From Candidatus Latescibacterota bacterium (lineage in GTDB: Bacteria > Latescibacterota > UBA2968 > UBA8231): a stretch of 64,000 bases of DNA. A model generated the notes under the pieces. It was not told where the DNA came from and ran no database searches. It saw only the letters and a list, made by a program, of their open reading frames with translations. Position 1 is the first letter of the stretch. Every line of letters begins with the position of its first letter. Position numbers and translations under genes: made by a program. Shown one piece after another: positions 28,185 through 38,466 of this stretch. The stretch spans positions 5,312,001 to 5,376,000 of the forward strand of contig OZ253462.1 in NCBI GenBank assembly GCA_965261395.1. Direction: 5' to 3'.

Positions 28185-30104
28185 TCACTTCTCTTCTAAC
28201 AGGTTGTATTTTCTCAACTTCCGGTACAGGGTCACGCGATTAATATTCAGTACTTGAGCGGCCTTGGTGATATTCCACTCCGAGGCTTCGAGGGCGTGGA
28301 CCACGGCTTGCCGCTCAGCTTCCTGCAGCGAAAGGAGGGATTGAGCAGGATCTCCAGGGTCCGTTGGAGATGGAACCATGGCGGAAAGTTGGGGAGGGAG
28401 GTTGCTGACTTGCAGCCTGTCCGTGGTTTCCAGCAACAGGGCGCGTTCAATGGCATTTCTGAGCTCGCGCACGTTGCCTGGCCAGTCATACGCGAGCAAT
28501 GTTTGCAGCGCCACCGGAGAAATCCCGCGCATGGATTCGTTGGCGCGTTCGGCATGGTCCTGCAGAAAATGGGCCACCAACAGGGGGATATCCTCGCGGT
28601 GGTCTCTGAGCGGTGGAATGACGAGGGGAAAAGCAGCCAAGCGATAGAACAGGTCCGCGCGGAACCCGCCATCTTTTGTCGCGCTTTCCAGATTCCTATT
28701 GGTCGCCGCAATCACGCGGATGTCAATGGGAATCGTGGATGTTCCACCCACCCGCTGGATTTCTCGCTCTTCTAGGACGCGCAACAACTTGGCTTGCAGC
28801 GCGATGGGCATGTCGCCAATTTCGTCGAGCAAAACGGTGCCGCCCTGGGCGCGCTCGAACTGCCCGATGTGCCGCATAGACGCCCCCGTAAAAGCCCCGC
28901 GTTCATGGCCGAAAAGCTCGCTCTCGATCAGCGTCTCGGGAATGGCAGCGCAATTGACGGCGACAAAGGGGCCTGCCTTTCTCGCGCTGTTATAGTGAAT
29001 CAACTTAGCGACCAGCTCTTTGCCGGTGCCGCTTTCGCCTTGAACCAGCACCGTAATGTCGCTTTCGGCCGCCCGCTGCATTAGGGCGTACAGGTCCTGC
29101 ATGTTTTTGCTTTTTCCCACCATACCGTCAAAGGCGTACGTCGTTCCGAGTTCGGCGCGCAAGCGCGAGACCTCGGCTTTCATCTGCTCGCTCTCAATCT
29201 CTCTGGACACGTCCCGGTAAATGACAATATGGCCCATGAGGTTTTGTTGACTGCTGTGTACGGGCGCTGTCGAGCGATAAAACAGCCGGGGATTTGAGTC
29301 GCTGGCTGCGGTGGTTTCTTCCTCCAAGTCGCCCGTGCGGTCCAAAAACAACTCACGCCCCCATTCAGGCAGAACGGGCGGCCGAAGACGCGCCTTGAGG
29401 CGTTCCCTGAGATCACTTGGCGGCATCTGCTTCAACTCGCCTTCCGTGGCGTTGAGAAGCTGCTCATATCCCTGATTCGCCACCTGCAGGCGTCCCTCGG
29501 CATCGAACATGCCGATGGCATCTCCGGTCGCGTCGAGCACTGCCTGGAGTCTTTGATTACTAGCTTCAAGTTGCCGATTACTGGCTTCAAGTTGCCGCTG
29601 GTGCTTTGCCAACTCCTGTTCGATGTTCCACTTCCCCGTAAGCGAAAGCGTGATCTGCTGAATCTCCTCGCGCGAAAATGGCTTGCGGATATAGAGCAAT
29701 TTGTGCAGCAATGCCATGTCGTTGACAATCTCGGGCAGCGTCTTATCGGAGTATGCGGTCATGATGACGATTTCGATATCCTGCTCGAATTGCCGAATCT
29801 GGCGCACGGTTTCAATGCCATCAGTACCCGGGGGCATCCTGATGTCAATGTAGGCCAGCGCAAAGGGGCAGTTCGATTCCTGGGCTGCTTTGACCATTTC
29901 GCAGGCTTCCTCCCCGCTTGTCGCATGGGAAAGTTCAAACTGCGGCAGCAAGGATTTATCGCTCTGCGAGACAAACGCGGCCGCCAACTCATCCGTTGCC
30001 CTCTTGGTGAGGCCGGGGGTCAACATCTCTGCAAAGTCGTTGTGAATTTCCTCTTGGTCATCAACGATCAGCACGCGGTAGTTCCAAGAGCTGTTTGATT
30101 CCAT
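28185..30104 (-). CDS. Sigma54-dependent response regulator (REC-PAS-AAA+-HTH Fis)
   Basis: VLIVDD and DIRMP receiver; PAS segment; GESGTGKE, ESELFGHERGAFTGA, WPGNVREL; C-terminal HTH TLYRKL. Confidence 0.95.
   Translation of the reverse strand: MESNSSWNYRVLIVDDQEEIHNDFAEMLTPGLTKRATDELAAAFVSQSDKSLLPQFELSHATSGEEACEMVKAAQESNCPFALAYIDIRMPPGTDGIETVRQIRQFEQDIEIVIMTAYSDKTLPEIVNDMALLHKLLYIRKPFSREEIQQITLSLTGKWNIEQELAKHQRQLEASNRQLEASNQRLQAVLDATGDAIGMFDAEGRLQVANQGYEQLLNATEGELKQMPPSDLRERLKARLRPPVLPEWGRELFLDRTGDLEEETTAASDSNPRLFYRSTAPVHSSQQNLMGHIVIYRDVSREIESEQMKAEVSRLRAELGTTYAFDGMVGKSKNMQDLYALMQRAAESDITVLVQGESGTGKELVAKLIHYNSARKAGPFVAVNCAAIPETLIESELFGHERGAFTGASMRHIGQFERAQGGTVLLDEIGDMPIALQAKLLRVLEEREIQRVGGTSTIPIDIRVIAATNRNLESATKDGGFRADLFYRLAAFPLVIPPLRDHREDIPLLVAHFLQDHAERANESMRGISPVALQTLLAYDWPGNVRELRNAIERALLLETTDRLQVSNLPPQLSAMVPSPTDPGDPAQSLLSLQEAERQAVVHALEASEWNITKAAQVLNINRVTLYRKLRKYNLLEEK
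29555..29596 (-). repeat. 21-bp tandem duplication (one heptad, RQLEASN x2)
   Basis: GATTACTAGCTTCAAGTTGCC / GATTACTGGCTTCAAGTTGCC, one mismatch. Confidence 0.9.
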
Positions 30105-30188
30105 GAAGCCACCTTTAGAGTTACTCGATCACGCGGGATGAGTTCGGGATGGTTTGGAGGTTCGCAAAAATAGAACGCGCAGACGCCG

Positions 30189-31460
30189 TCACGCAGAGGT
30201 TTCCGACATGGCGGCATTGAGCCGCAGCGTGACGCGCATGGTGGTGCCCGTGCCATAGCCGTCGCTCAAGGGTTGAATTTTCCCCCCGGAGCCGGTGACA
30301 AAATTGGCCGCTGAATGGAGACCCAGCCCGCTTCCTTCTCGCTTCGTCGTATAACCCGCTCCAAAGATCGCTTTGAGATTTTTCTGATTGATGCCAATGC
30401 CATTGTCCTGCACCTCGAGGACGAGAAAATCCTGTTGGATACAGGCCCTGATATCAATGCGCGGCGGTCCCTTGAGCCCGCCTGATTTCTTCAGTTCATC
30501 AATAGCTTCCATCGCATTCTTGAGCAGATTGACCAACATCTGATTAAACTGGGTCTCCTGAATGCGAATCTCTGCGGGCGCGTTGCCGCAGTCCACATGC
30601 GTCTGGATGCGTCTGCTGGCAAATGAGTCTTGCATGATTTTCAGGGCGCTGGAGATGGCCTGATTCAAGTTGACGTCTTTGCTGGTCATGGCTTTGCTGG
30701 CAAAGCCCCGTTGCGCGCGGACGATGTCCACAATGTGGTTCGTTTGGCTGTTGACGCGCTCAACCGTGCGGACCAATTCCCGATTCTGCTCGACGAAGTC
30801 GGCGGCCAGAGCCAGCAGAAACGGCCGCACCTGTTGGCCTTGCGGGTCGTGCTGGACGTAGTCGCCCCAATCCTCCGCATGCACCTGGACGGTCTCTGAC
30901 AAAGCCGCTAAGCGTTCGATCAGCGGATTGTTCCCCAACTCTTCTTTCAGGGTTCCAATGCCGATGGCCACGCTGGTAATGGCATTGCCGATGTTGTGCA
31001 GGATCGTATCCATGACCTCCAGGCGGCCCTGCGCGAAGGCCTGAGCCAAGGCTTCTTCGGCCCGCACTCGCTCCGTCACATCGCGAAAAACGGTGACCCC
31101 GCCGCGAGCGGTGCCAGATAACCTAATGGGCCCGCCGCTGGCGCTGATATAGACGCCCTCCGGCTTGGCCGCAGTGCGGATGAACATTTCCATCTCATCG
31201 GTCGCCTCCCCGCGCAGGGCACGCACGAGCGGCAGTTCCTCGGTTGGAACGGGCGTGGCCTTATCGGGGTAGAATATGCTGTATTCTTCCGTCCATCGTT
31301 CGGGCACCGCATCTATACTCCCTCCGATAATGCGTGCCGCACTTGGATTAAAGGTGAGGCTACCATGCTCATCAGCGACGATCACGCCGTCGCTGATGCT
31401 GTCAAAAATGGCCTGCATGAGTTGGATCTGATGCTGCAATTCATCAACGGTTTTTTTCAC
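30189..31460 (-). CDS. Cytoplasmic PAS sensor histidine kinase
   Basis: PAS (DSISDGVIVAD...FRDVTE); H-box ILHNIGNAI; N-box NLLKNAMEA; DNGIG; GSGLGL; no TM segment. Confidence 0.92.
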   Translation of the reverse strand: MKKTVDELQHQIQLMQAIFDSISDGVIVADEHGSLTFNPSAARIIGGSIDAVPERWTEEYSIFYPDKATPVPTEELPLVRALRGEATDEMEMFIRTAAKPEGVYISASGGPIRLSGTARGGVTVFRDVTERVRAEEALAQAFAQGRLEVMDTILHNIGNAITSVAIGIGTLKEELGNNPLIERLAALSETVQVHAEDWGDYVQHDPQGQQVRPFLLALAADFVEQNRELVRTVERVNSQTNHIVDIVRAQRGFASKAMTSKDVNLNQAISSALKIMQDSFASRRIQTHVDCGNAPAEIRIQETQFNQMLVNLLKNAMEAIDELKKSGGLKGPPRIDIRACIQQDFLVLEVQDNGIGINQKNLKAIFGAGYTTKREGSGLGLHSAANFVTGSGGKIQPLSDGYGTGTTMRVTLRLNAAMSETSA

Positions 31461-31685
31461 TTTGTTCTCGATCCCCTATGCTCGAAGACATGTTTCCTCG
31501 GTGCAGCGCTTGCCGAGGCTGGTCTCGCAGGACACGAAGACATTCGGCAGGCAGTTCTGCCATAAGACGTTAGTTGCGCGTCATTTTTTTACGGGCTACT
31601 ATGATACCAAATTGTCGGGATATAACAAAGGGGCCGGTCGATCTTTTGCGGCTGGTAACCACAGAGTAAAACAAGGGACAACGCT

Positions 31686-33587
31686 ATGGCCGATGGCCTT
31701 TACGATGTAGTAATAGAACGCGATGTAATGGTGGAGATGCGCGACGGCGTGCGGCTGGCGACCGACCTGTACTTCCCCGCCCGCGATGGGCAGCCGGTGC
31801 CCGGCAAATTCCCCACAGTCTTTCACCGCACGCCTTACGACAAAAGCGACGTGGAGCGCAACAGCAACTACGGCCGGTTTTTCGCCCAGCGCGGGTACGT
31901 GGCCGTCTATCAGGACTGCCGGGGGACGTTCCAGTCCGAGGGGGATGTGAACTTTCTCTTGCCCGAGGCCGAGGACGGGTACGACGCCTTGCAGTGGATC
32001 GACCAGCAGCCGTGGAGCAACGGCAAGGTGGGGTCGTGGGGGACCTCGTGGTCGGGCTGGACGCAAACGGCGATGGCGGCGTTGGGGCCGACCAACCTCA
32101 AGGCCATGGTGGTCAACATGAGCGGAGCCGACGCGCATGAATCTTCGGTGCGGCACGAGGGCGCATTGGAACTGCGGTTTTTGGCGTGGGCATTTTGGCA
32201 TTCAGCGGCTAACACTCAGCGCGCGCTAAAAGCTGACCCAGCGGTTGATGCGGCCCTGAACTTGGGTGCGCCGACCTTTGCCGACTGGCTGACGCGGATG
32301 CCGATCCGCAAGGGACAGACCCAGCTCAAATTGGTGCCTCCCTACCAGAAGTGGGCACTAGACCTGCTGACCAAGGCCGACTACGACGAGTACTGGCAGC
32401 ACCCCAGTTATGCGCCGGCGCTCTTTTGGGACGACTTCCCGGACGTGCCGACTCTGATCATCGGGGGCTGGTACGATTCGTACACGCGCTCGACGTGCAA
32501 AAACTACGAAGGGTTGTCGGCGCGCAAGCAGGGGCCGGTGCGGATGCTCATGGGGCCGTGGACACACGGGACGCAAACCTTGGAGCAGAGCTTTGCCGGC
32601 GACGCGGAGTTCGGCGAGGACGCGGCGCTAGACGACTTCCGCGACCTGCATCTGCGCTACTTCGATTGGGCGCTCAAGGGCGTTGATAACGGCGAGGCCA
32701 ACTCACCGCCGGTGCGAATATTCGCCATGGGTGGCGGCGGGGGCTATCACACCAGTAGCGGCCGGATTTTCCACGGCGGGCATTGGCGCGACGAGGCCGA
32801 GTGGCCACTAGCCCGGACGAACTATACCAAGTACTATCTGCACGGCGACGGCACCTTATCGCCAGAAGAGCCAGCTACAGACGGCGGCGATACAGTCTAT
32901 CGCTTCGATCCAGCCAATCCAGTGCCCTCCATTGGTGGCAATGTCTCGTCGCTTGCTGAGATCGGCCCGTTGCCGCCGGGCGTGAGCGATTCAGCCAATG
33001 CGCCGTGGCGGGCGCGGGTGGAACAATTGATGGTGCCGGGCGGGTTCGATCAGGTAGAAGGGCCGGCGTTTTACGGCTGTGCGCCGCCCTATCTGCCGCT
33101 GGGCTCGCGGCCGGATGTGCTGGTCTTTGCCACTGAGCCGCTTGCCGAGGACATGGAGGTGACCGGGCCGATTGAGGTGCAGTTGTGGGTCTCGTCGTCA
33201 GCGCCGGATACGGATTTTACCGCCAAGCTGATCGATTGCTATCCACCGAGCCGCTGGTACCCGCATGGCTACGCACTCAACCTGACCGATAGCATTGCGC
33301 GCCTGCGCTACCGCAACGGGCGCGAACAGGGCGAGCTGCTAGCGCCGGGCGAGGTCGCCGAGCTGACGATTACCCTCTATCCGACGAGCAATGTGTTTGC
33401 CGCCGGGCATCAGATCCGCCTCGACATTTCCAGCTCGAACTTTCCCCGCTTTGATGTCAATCCCAACACTGGTGATCCCATCGGCCAAGAGCGGCGACGG
33501 CAGGGGGCGGACAACAGAATCCACCACAGCGCGGCCCAGGCGTCGCACGTGGTGTTGCCGATTATTCCAACTAGGAGAAATGCATAA
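31686..33587 (+). CDS. CocE/NonD family serine hydrolase (peptidase S15)
   Basis: MRDGVRLATD, RTPY, QDCRG, nucleophile GTSWSG, GGWYD, GPWTH, DTDFTAKL and SSNFPRFDVNPN motifs. Confidence 0.93.
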   Translation: MADGLYDVVIERDVMVEMRDGVRLATDLYFPARDGQPVPGKFPTVFHRTPYDKSDVERNSNYGRFFAQRGYVAVYQDCRGTFQSEGDVNFLLPEAEDGYDALQWIDQQPWSNGKVGSWGTSWSGWTQTAMAALGPTNLKAMVVNMSGADAHESSVRHEGALELRFLAWAFWHSAANTQRALKADPAVDAALNLGAPTFADWLTRMPIRKGQTQLKLVPPYQKWALDLLTKADYDEYWQHPSYAPALFWDDFPDVPTLIIGGWYDSYTRSTCKNYEGLSARKQGPVRMLMGPWTHGTQTLEQSFAGDAEFGEDAALDDFRDLHLRYFDWALKGVDNGEANSPPVRIFAMGGGGGYHTSSGRIFHGGHWRDEAEWPLARTNYTKYYLHGDGTLSPEEPATDGGDTVYRFDPANPVPSIGGNVSSLAEIGPLPPGVSDSANAPWRARVEQLMVPGGFDQVEGPAFYGCAPPYLPLGSRPDVLVFATEPLAEDMEVTGPIEVQLWVSSSAPDTDFTAKLIDCYPPSRWYPHGYALNLTDSIARLRYRNGREQGELLAPGEVAELTITLYPTSNVFAAGHQIRLDISSSNFPRFDVNPNTGDPIGQERRRQGADNRIHHSAAQASHVVLPIIPTRRNA

Positions 33588-34750
33588 TGGAACAGTTGCA
33601 TTTGGCCCTCGTGGGCTGTGGAGGCATGGCCGGAGCACACGTGCGCGGCTTGGAGGAGCTAGCGAAGGCCGGGATTGACGATATACAGGTGGTGGCCTGT
33701 TGCGACTTGGTGGAGGCACAGGCACAACAGCGGGCCGACGAGATCGCCGAGTTCCAAGAGCACAAGCCGGAGATCTATACCGACGTGGAGAGAATGCTCG
33801 CGCACGTGGAAGACCTAGACGCAGTGGACATCTGCGCCCTGCACTCGCAACACCACATCCTCGCCGTCACCTGTTTGGAGGCGGACAAGCACGTGATAAT
33901 CGAAAAGCCACTAGCGATTACCCTGCGCGCTGGTCGCAAAATACTCAATGCGGCCGTGGATAACCGCTGTCAGCTTGCCGTAGCGGAAAACTACCGCCGG
34001 TCGCCGCAGGAGCGGGCCCGATCTTGGGCGGTGGCCAGCGGGCGGATCGGCCAGCCGCGCACCTTCTACTGGCAGGAAGCGGGCTTGCGGCTGGGCAAGT
34101 GGGGTTGGCGCAATTTCAAGCGCGACGCCGGGGCCGGCTGGATACTCGACGGAGGCGTGCATTTTGCCGATCTGTTCCGCTATCACTTGGGCACGGAGGC
34201 GCGGCAGGTGGTGGCGCGAGTACACGGCTTTGAGCCGTATCGCTACGACGAGCCAGTCAAGCGCGAGGGGGCTTGGCCGGTGGATGTGGAGGACTGCGCC
34301 ATGGCGCTGATTGACTTCGACGGCGGTGCAGTGGTGCAGTGGACTTGGCAAGGTTCAGCGCCGGGACAGGACTTCAGCAAGCGCGTCCTCTACGGCAGCG
34401 AGGGCTGCATCGACTGGGAGAGCGGGCTGTGGACGCGCACCGGCACGAACACATCTAACGAGGCATTGGTCGAGGCGTATCATAACAGCCTCGCAGAGGA
34501 CGAGCGCGAGCGGCTGTTCCCCAAAGGAGTGGAAAATCCCATCTCAACCGAGTTGAAGGATTTCGCCGATGCCGTGCGGGGACAAGGTGTGCCCGAAGTC
34601 GATGGCCTAGACGGCTATCGCTCGCAGGCGATTTGCATGGCGCTCTTTGAGTCGGAGTGGTTTAACCGGCCGGTGAGCTTGGCCGAGATCGAGCGCGGCG
34701 ACTTGGAGGGCTACCAGGCCGAGATTGATCAGGCGTTGGGGATTGATTAG
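33587..34750 (+). CDS. Gfo/Idh/MocA family oxidoreductase
   Basis: VGCGGMA Rossmann motif; EKP; AENYR; LDGGVH; DVED. Confidence 0.93.
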   Translation: MEQLHLALVGCGGMAGAHVRGLEELAKAGIDDIQVVACCDLVEAQAQQRADEIAEFQEHKPEIYTDVERMLAHVEDLDAVDICALHSQHHILAVTCLEADKHVIIEKPLAITLRAGRKILNAAVDNRCQLAVAENYRRSPQERARSWAVASGRIGQPRTFYWQEAGLRLGKWGWRNFKRDAGAGWILDGGVHFADLFRYHLGTEARQVVARVHGFEPYRYDEPVKREGAWPVDVEDCAMALIDFDGGAVVQWTWQGSAPGQDFSKRVLYGSEGCIDWESGLWTRTGTNTSNEALVEAYHNSLAEDERERLFPKGVENPISTELKDFADAVRGQGVPEVDGLDGYRSQAICMALFESEWFNRPVSLAEIERGDLEGYQAEIDQALGID

Positions 34751-34769
34751 GCGACGAGTTTTTCCTTAA
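34701..34769 (+). repeat. Direct repeat copy 1 (3' end of the Gfo/Idh/MocA gene; attL-like)
   Basis: 69 bp matching 38393..38460 with 3 substitutions and 1 indel. Confidence 0.92.
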
Positions 34770-35946
34770 AATCCGCTGCTAGAGGTGGCGGAGCCTGATC
34801 TTTTGTTGAAGGCGTCGATAGATTGGGCACTAGGAGATACGACATCCAAGGCACGAACGCGGAGAAAAGACACCCAAAGACGCCGGACACGACTTAAAAA
34901 CACTCTAAAAAGCCTTCTTATACCTTCTAAATCTCACACACGAGGAAGCATTCGCTATGGAACCGAGAAACTACGCATTGGCCAATCTGTTTGAAAATCA
35001 GGGTATATATGTGGTCCCCCGATACCAACGGCTCTATGTCTGGAATCAAGAAGATCAGTGGGAACCACTGTGGGAGGATGTAATTGAGATAGCAGGTGAT
35101 CTGCTCAACGAGGCGACCAATCGAAACTCTGAAGAAGTGAACGCTGATTCCAGGGAGTCTCACTTTCTGGGAGCAGTCGTACTGAAACAGAGTGGCTTCA
35201 CGCCGGATATGGCCCAACGTTGGCGGGTGATTGACGGCCAACAGCGGCTTACGACTGTTCAACTGCTAATGACTGCTGTTGCTGACGAGTTAGACAAAAT
35301 TGAACTGTCCGTCCAAGCAGAGCGTTTAAGGAAACTAACGAAAAACTCGGCGGACGAGCCGTTCAAGATTATTCATGGCGGTCAAAACTACAAGCGATTT
35401 CGAGACGTGATGGAAGCAAATGGAGAAGAAAGTGTCATTGAGGCAATTGAAAGTCCTATGGCGGATTGTTATAAATACTTCCGCAACGTTGCCCACCAGT
35501 GGTTCGATGGACAAATTTCACGAATTCTTCTAGCAGCATCTGCACTTATCGCAGTTTTAATCGCAAAACTTCGTGTCGTTGCAATCTACTTGGATTCACA
35601 TGAAAAGGAGCACATGATATTCGAGACACTCAATGCACGAGGCGAACCGTTGACAGAGTGGGACAAGATCAAAAACTACTTGCTCTACAAGGCTGACGAA
35701 GACTCCGGCGTTGATCAAGATTCATTCTTCGACAAGTACTTGGAAATGTTCGATGATGATTGGTGGAGGGGACAAATCGGACGCGGGCAGAGGCCCCGTA
35801 CGGATATCTTCGCTGACTACTGGTTAGAATCAAGGGTCATGTCTCCTGTCAGCACTCGACGTGTATTTCGTATGTTTCAAAAGCACGTGGACGACGTCAA
35901 GGACAGCCTTGATGATTTAGGTCAAGATATTATTCAGGATGCGAAG

Positions 35947-37524
35947 GGGCACCTTAGCCGATTGTTATGGCACGATTTCGGTACGTATGTGTATATTTTA
36001 CAGTAACTTGTTCTATTCTTTTGCCGCCTCCCCCGCGGCACGCTCCCCTCGATTGAGAAAGAAGGGGAGCAATGCCTGCGATTCTCTCTCTGGCGCCCTT
36101 TCAGCAGCGGCAGCAGTGGGCGCGCTTTCGAAGTAGAGCGCATGAAGCCCTGGACGAGTTGCTGGATCGGGTGGAGACGCAAATGAGCGAGCACGGATCT
36201 ACTCCGCCGACGTTGATGGAGATTACCGAGGCGGTGTCGCAAGAGCGCTCCGGGCTTACCGCGGCGGTGGTGGAAGCCTTCATCGAACGCCGCCACGGCC
36301 AGTTCCTGGCGCAAGAAGAGGCGGCCTGCCCGAAGTGTGAGCGCGTCCTGCGTGCGCGACCGTCGCGCTCGCGCACGGTGGAGACGCTGCTCGGGCCGGT
36401 GCCCTTGGAGCGGCCCTATTTCTACTGCGTTTCCTGTGAGCACGGCTTTTATCCGCTGGACGAGGCCCTGGGCCTGTCGGGGCACCGCAAGCAGTGGGAC
36501 GTTCAAAACGCCGGGGTCAAGCTGGCGCTGGAGATGCCCCACCAGCGCGCCGCGAAGCTGCTGGACGAGCTGACCGACGCGTCGATGAGCGACTGTGTGA
36601 TTCACGAGGTGCTGCAACAGACCGGGTCGTTGGACGTGCTGCAGGTGTGTCCGGACGCGGCCGACATCCAGGATCGCATTGCTCAAGCCGCCGCCGCTCG
36701 CAAGTGGCGGCCCATCGTGGTGTTGGCCATCGACGCGGCCGACGTGCCCAGTCGTCCCGAGACCGCCAAAGGGACTCGTCCGGGGCGCAAGAAGAGCCGG
36801 GCTCGGCGAAGGCGTTGGCAGGGTGAATACCACGAAGCCAAGGGCTTTCGCTTCTACTTGGTAGACGATGAGCGCATCGAGCAGCTGATCTCCTGGCACC
36901 AGATGGGCGACGAACAGGCCTTCGGCTCGGCCTTGCGCCAGGTCAAGGAGGCGGGGCTGATCCCGGAGGAGCAGGTGCGCTTGTGTGCCATCGGGGACGG
37001 AGCCCCGTGGATCTGGAAATGGGTGGAGGAACTGTTCCCGAGCGCCCGTCAGATCCTCGACTACTACCATTGTAGCCGCTACCTGCACGCGGTGGCCGAG
37101 GCTCAATACGGCACCGATGCGGCGCGCGCCAGCCATTGGCTGGAAGCGACTCTGGCGCGCCTGTTCTGCGGTGAGGGCACCGGCGTGGTTTGGGGTCTGC
37201 AGCGCATGCAGGCGGTCTCGGAAGAGGCCGAAGAAGCGATCGGCACGGCCTTGACGTACCTGCAAAAGCGATTGCATCAAGTCGATTTCGGCAGCCATCG
37301 CAAGGGCGGATACCCGATCGGGTCGGGTGCGATCGAATCGGCGCATCGCTTCATCGGCCATGTTCGTCTGAAACGCTCGGGCGCTTGGTGGTATAAGGAA
37401 AACAGCAACGCCATTCTTGCCCTGCGTTGCGCCTTGTACAATGGAACGCTTGACCGGGTCTTTCAGCAGTACCGAGACAACCTAAAAACAACCACCAAAA
37501 CCGTAACAATCACCTAATGCACCC
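35947..37524 (+). mobile_element. ISKra4/ISLre2-like insertion sequence, 1578 bp, 8-bp TSD ATGCGAAG
   Basis: Imperfect terminal IRs GGGCACCTTAGCCGATTGTTATGG vs (reverse complement) GGGTGCATTAGGTGATTGTTACGG, 18/24 identical; ATGCGAAG at 35939-35946 and 37525-37532. Confidence 0.92.
36072..37517 (+). CDS. ISKra4-family (UPF0236-type) DDE transposase
   Basis: CPKC..CVSC zinc motif; LAID; GDGAPWIW; ILDYYH; GYPIGSGAIESAHR..RLKRSGAWW. Confidence 0.92.
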   Translation: MPAILSLAPFQQRQQWARFRSRAHEALDELLDRVETQMSEHGSTPPTLMEITEAVSQERSGLTAAVVEAFIERRHGQFLAQEEAACPKCERVLRARPSRSRTVETLLGPVPLERPYFYCVSCEHGFYPLDEALGLSGHRKQWDVQNAGVKLALEMPHQRAAKLLDELTDASMSDCVIHEVLQQTGSLDVLQVCPDAADIQDRIAQAAAARKWRPIVVLAIDAADVPSRPETAKGTRPGRKKSRARRRRWQGEYHEAKGFRFYLVDDERIEQLISWHQMGDEQAFGSALRQVKEAGLIPEEQVRLCAIGDGAPWIWKWVEELFPSARQILDYYHCSRYLHAVAEAQYGTDAARASHWLEATLARLFCGEGTGVVWGLQRMQAVSEEAEEAIGTALTYLQKRLHQVDFGSHRKGGYPIGSGAIESAHRFIGHVRLKRSGAWWYKENSNAILALRCALYNGTLDRVFQQYRDNLKTTTKTVTIT

Positions 37525-38392
37525 ATGCGAAGTATTATCAGAAATTTGAACAACGGGACGACTACGAACAGACCTATGAAAGGCAGTTCCACAATCGCCG
37601 AATGTCCCTGGAGGTTGGCGCTATGTGGCCGCTATTACTGCAGTTGCAGAGGGTCGAATGCAAACAGCGGGAACAGGCGTTTGCGTGCTTGGAAAGTTAT
37701 TGGGTTCGGAGACTTATCGCCGGATATCAAGCACGAAGCTATGATCAAGTCACTTTGTACTTGCTTCATACTCTTAATGAATTCAAAAAATTTAAAAAAG
37801 ACGGCGATGTAATCATGCACTCTCTACAGCACTACAAGGAGAGAGGAACAGTTTGGCCGTCTGATAACGAGGTGAGATCAGCGATTCTAGAAAGGCGTTT
37901 ATCGTCGTCTGCACAGAACATAGTGCTCCACGCTATCGAAAAGCACCTGATGCCTGAATCTGCTCCGAATCCCACTGTATATCGAAATGTGCAAGTTGAG
38001 CATCTCATGCCCCAATCATGGAAAAATGAGCACTGGCAGTTAAGCCCACTTGAAGAAGTAGAGGATGTCACCGAGGAACGAAACCGCTTGATCCACACAC
38101 TGGGTAATCTAACATTAGTCAATAGTAGATTGAATGCTTCTATGAGTAATGGTCCTTGGCATCGTAAGCGAGAAGCCATCAAGGAATCGGACAATCTCTT
38201 TATTAACAGGAAATTGCTTGACGATGCATCTGATGTTTGGGATGAAGAGCAGATTGTCAAACGAGGTAAGTGGATGGCGGACATTATCCTCAATATTTGG
38301 CCACGTGAGGCGTAATTACGACGATTATCGGGAAGCGAATGATTTCGGATTGCTGTGATAGAAATCGCGTCGCAACAGGCTGATGGCGAGGT

Positions 38393-38460
38393 ACTTGGAG
38401 GCTACCAAGCCGAGATTGATCAGGCGCTGGGGATTGATTAGGCGACAAGTTTTTCCTTAA
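38393..38460 (+). repeat. Direct repeat copy 2 (attR-like)
   Basis: ACTTGGAGGCTACCAAGCCGAGATTGATCAGGCGCTGGGGATTGATTAGGCGACAAGTTTTTCCTTAA. Confidence 0.92.
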
Positions 38461-38466
38461 GGACGG

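Larger units (their letters stand above)
34957..38315 (+). pseudogene. GmrSD-like (DUF262 + DUF1524/HNH) type IV restriction gene interrupted by an IS
   Basis: VPRYQRLYVW, IDGQQRLTT and FETLNARG in the 5' part; VEHLMP and LGNLTL..N in the 3' part. Removing 35947..37532 restores a 590-aa frame (..IIQDAK|YYQKFEQ..MSLEVG). Confidence 0.9.

Noticed and set aside
30214-30227. 14-bp match GGCATTGAGCCGCA with the reverse strand near 39087-39100
   Set aside because: Short, lies inside a coding region, and has no matching boundary evidence; probably chance
35934-37361. 475-aa ORF antisense to the transposase
   Set aside because: Shadow frame of a GC-rich gene, with no recognisable motifs; it crosses the IS boundary
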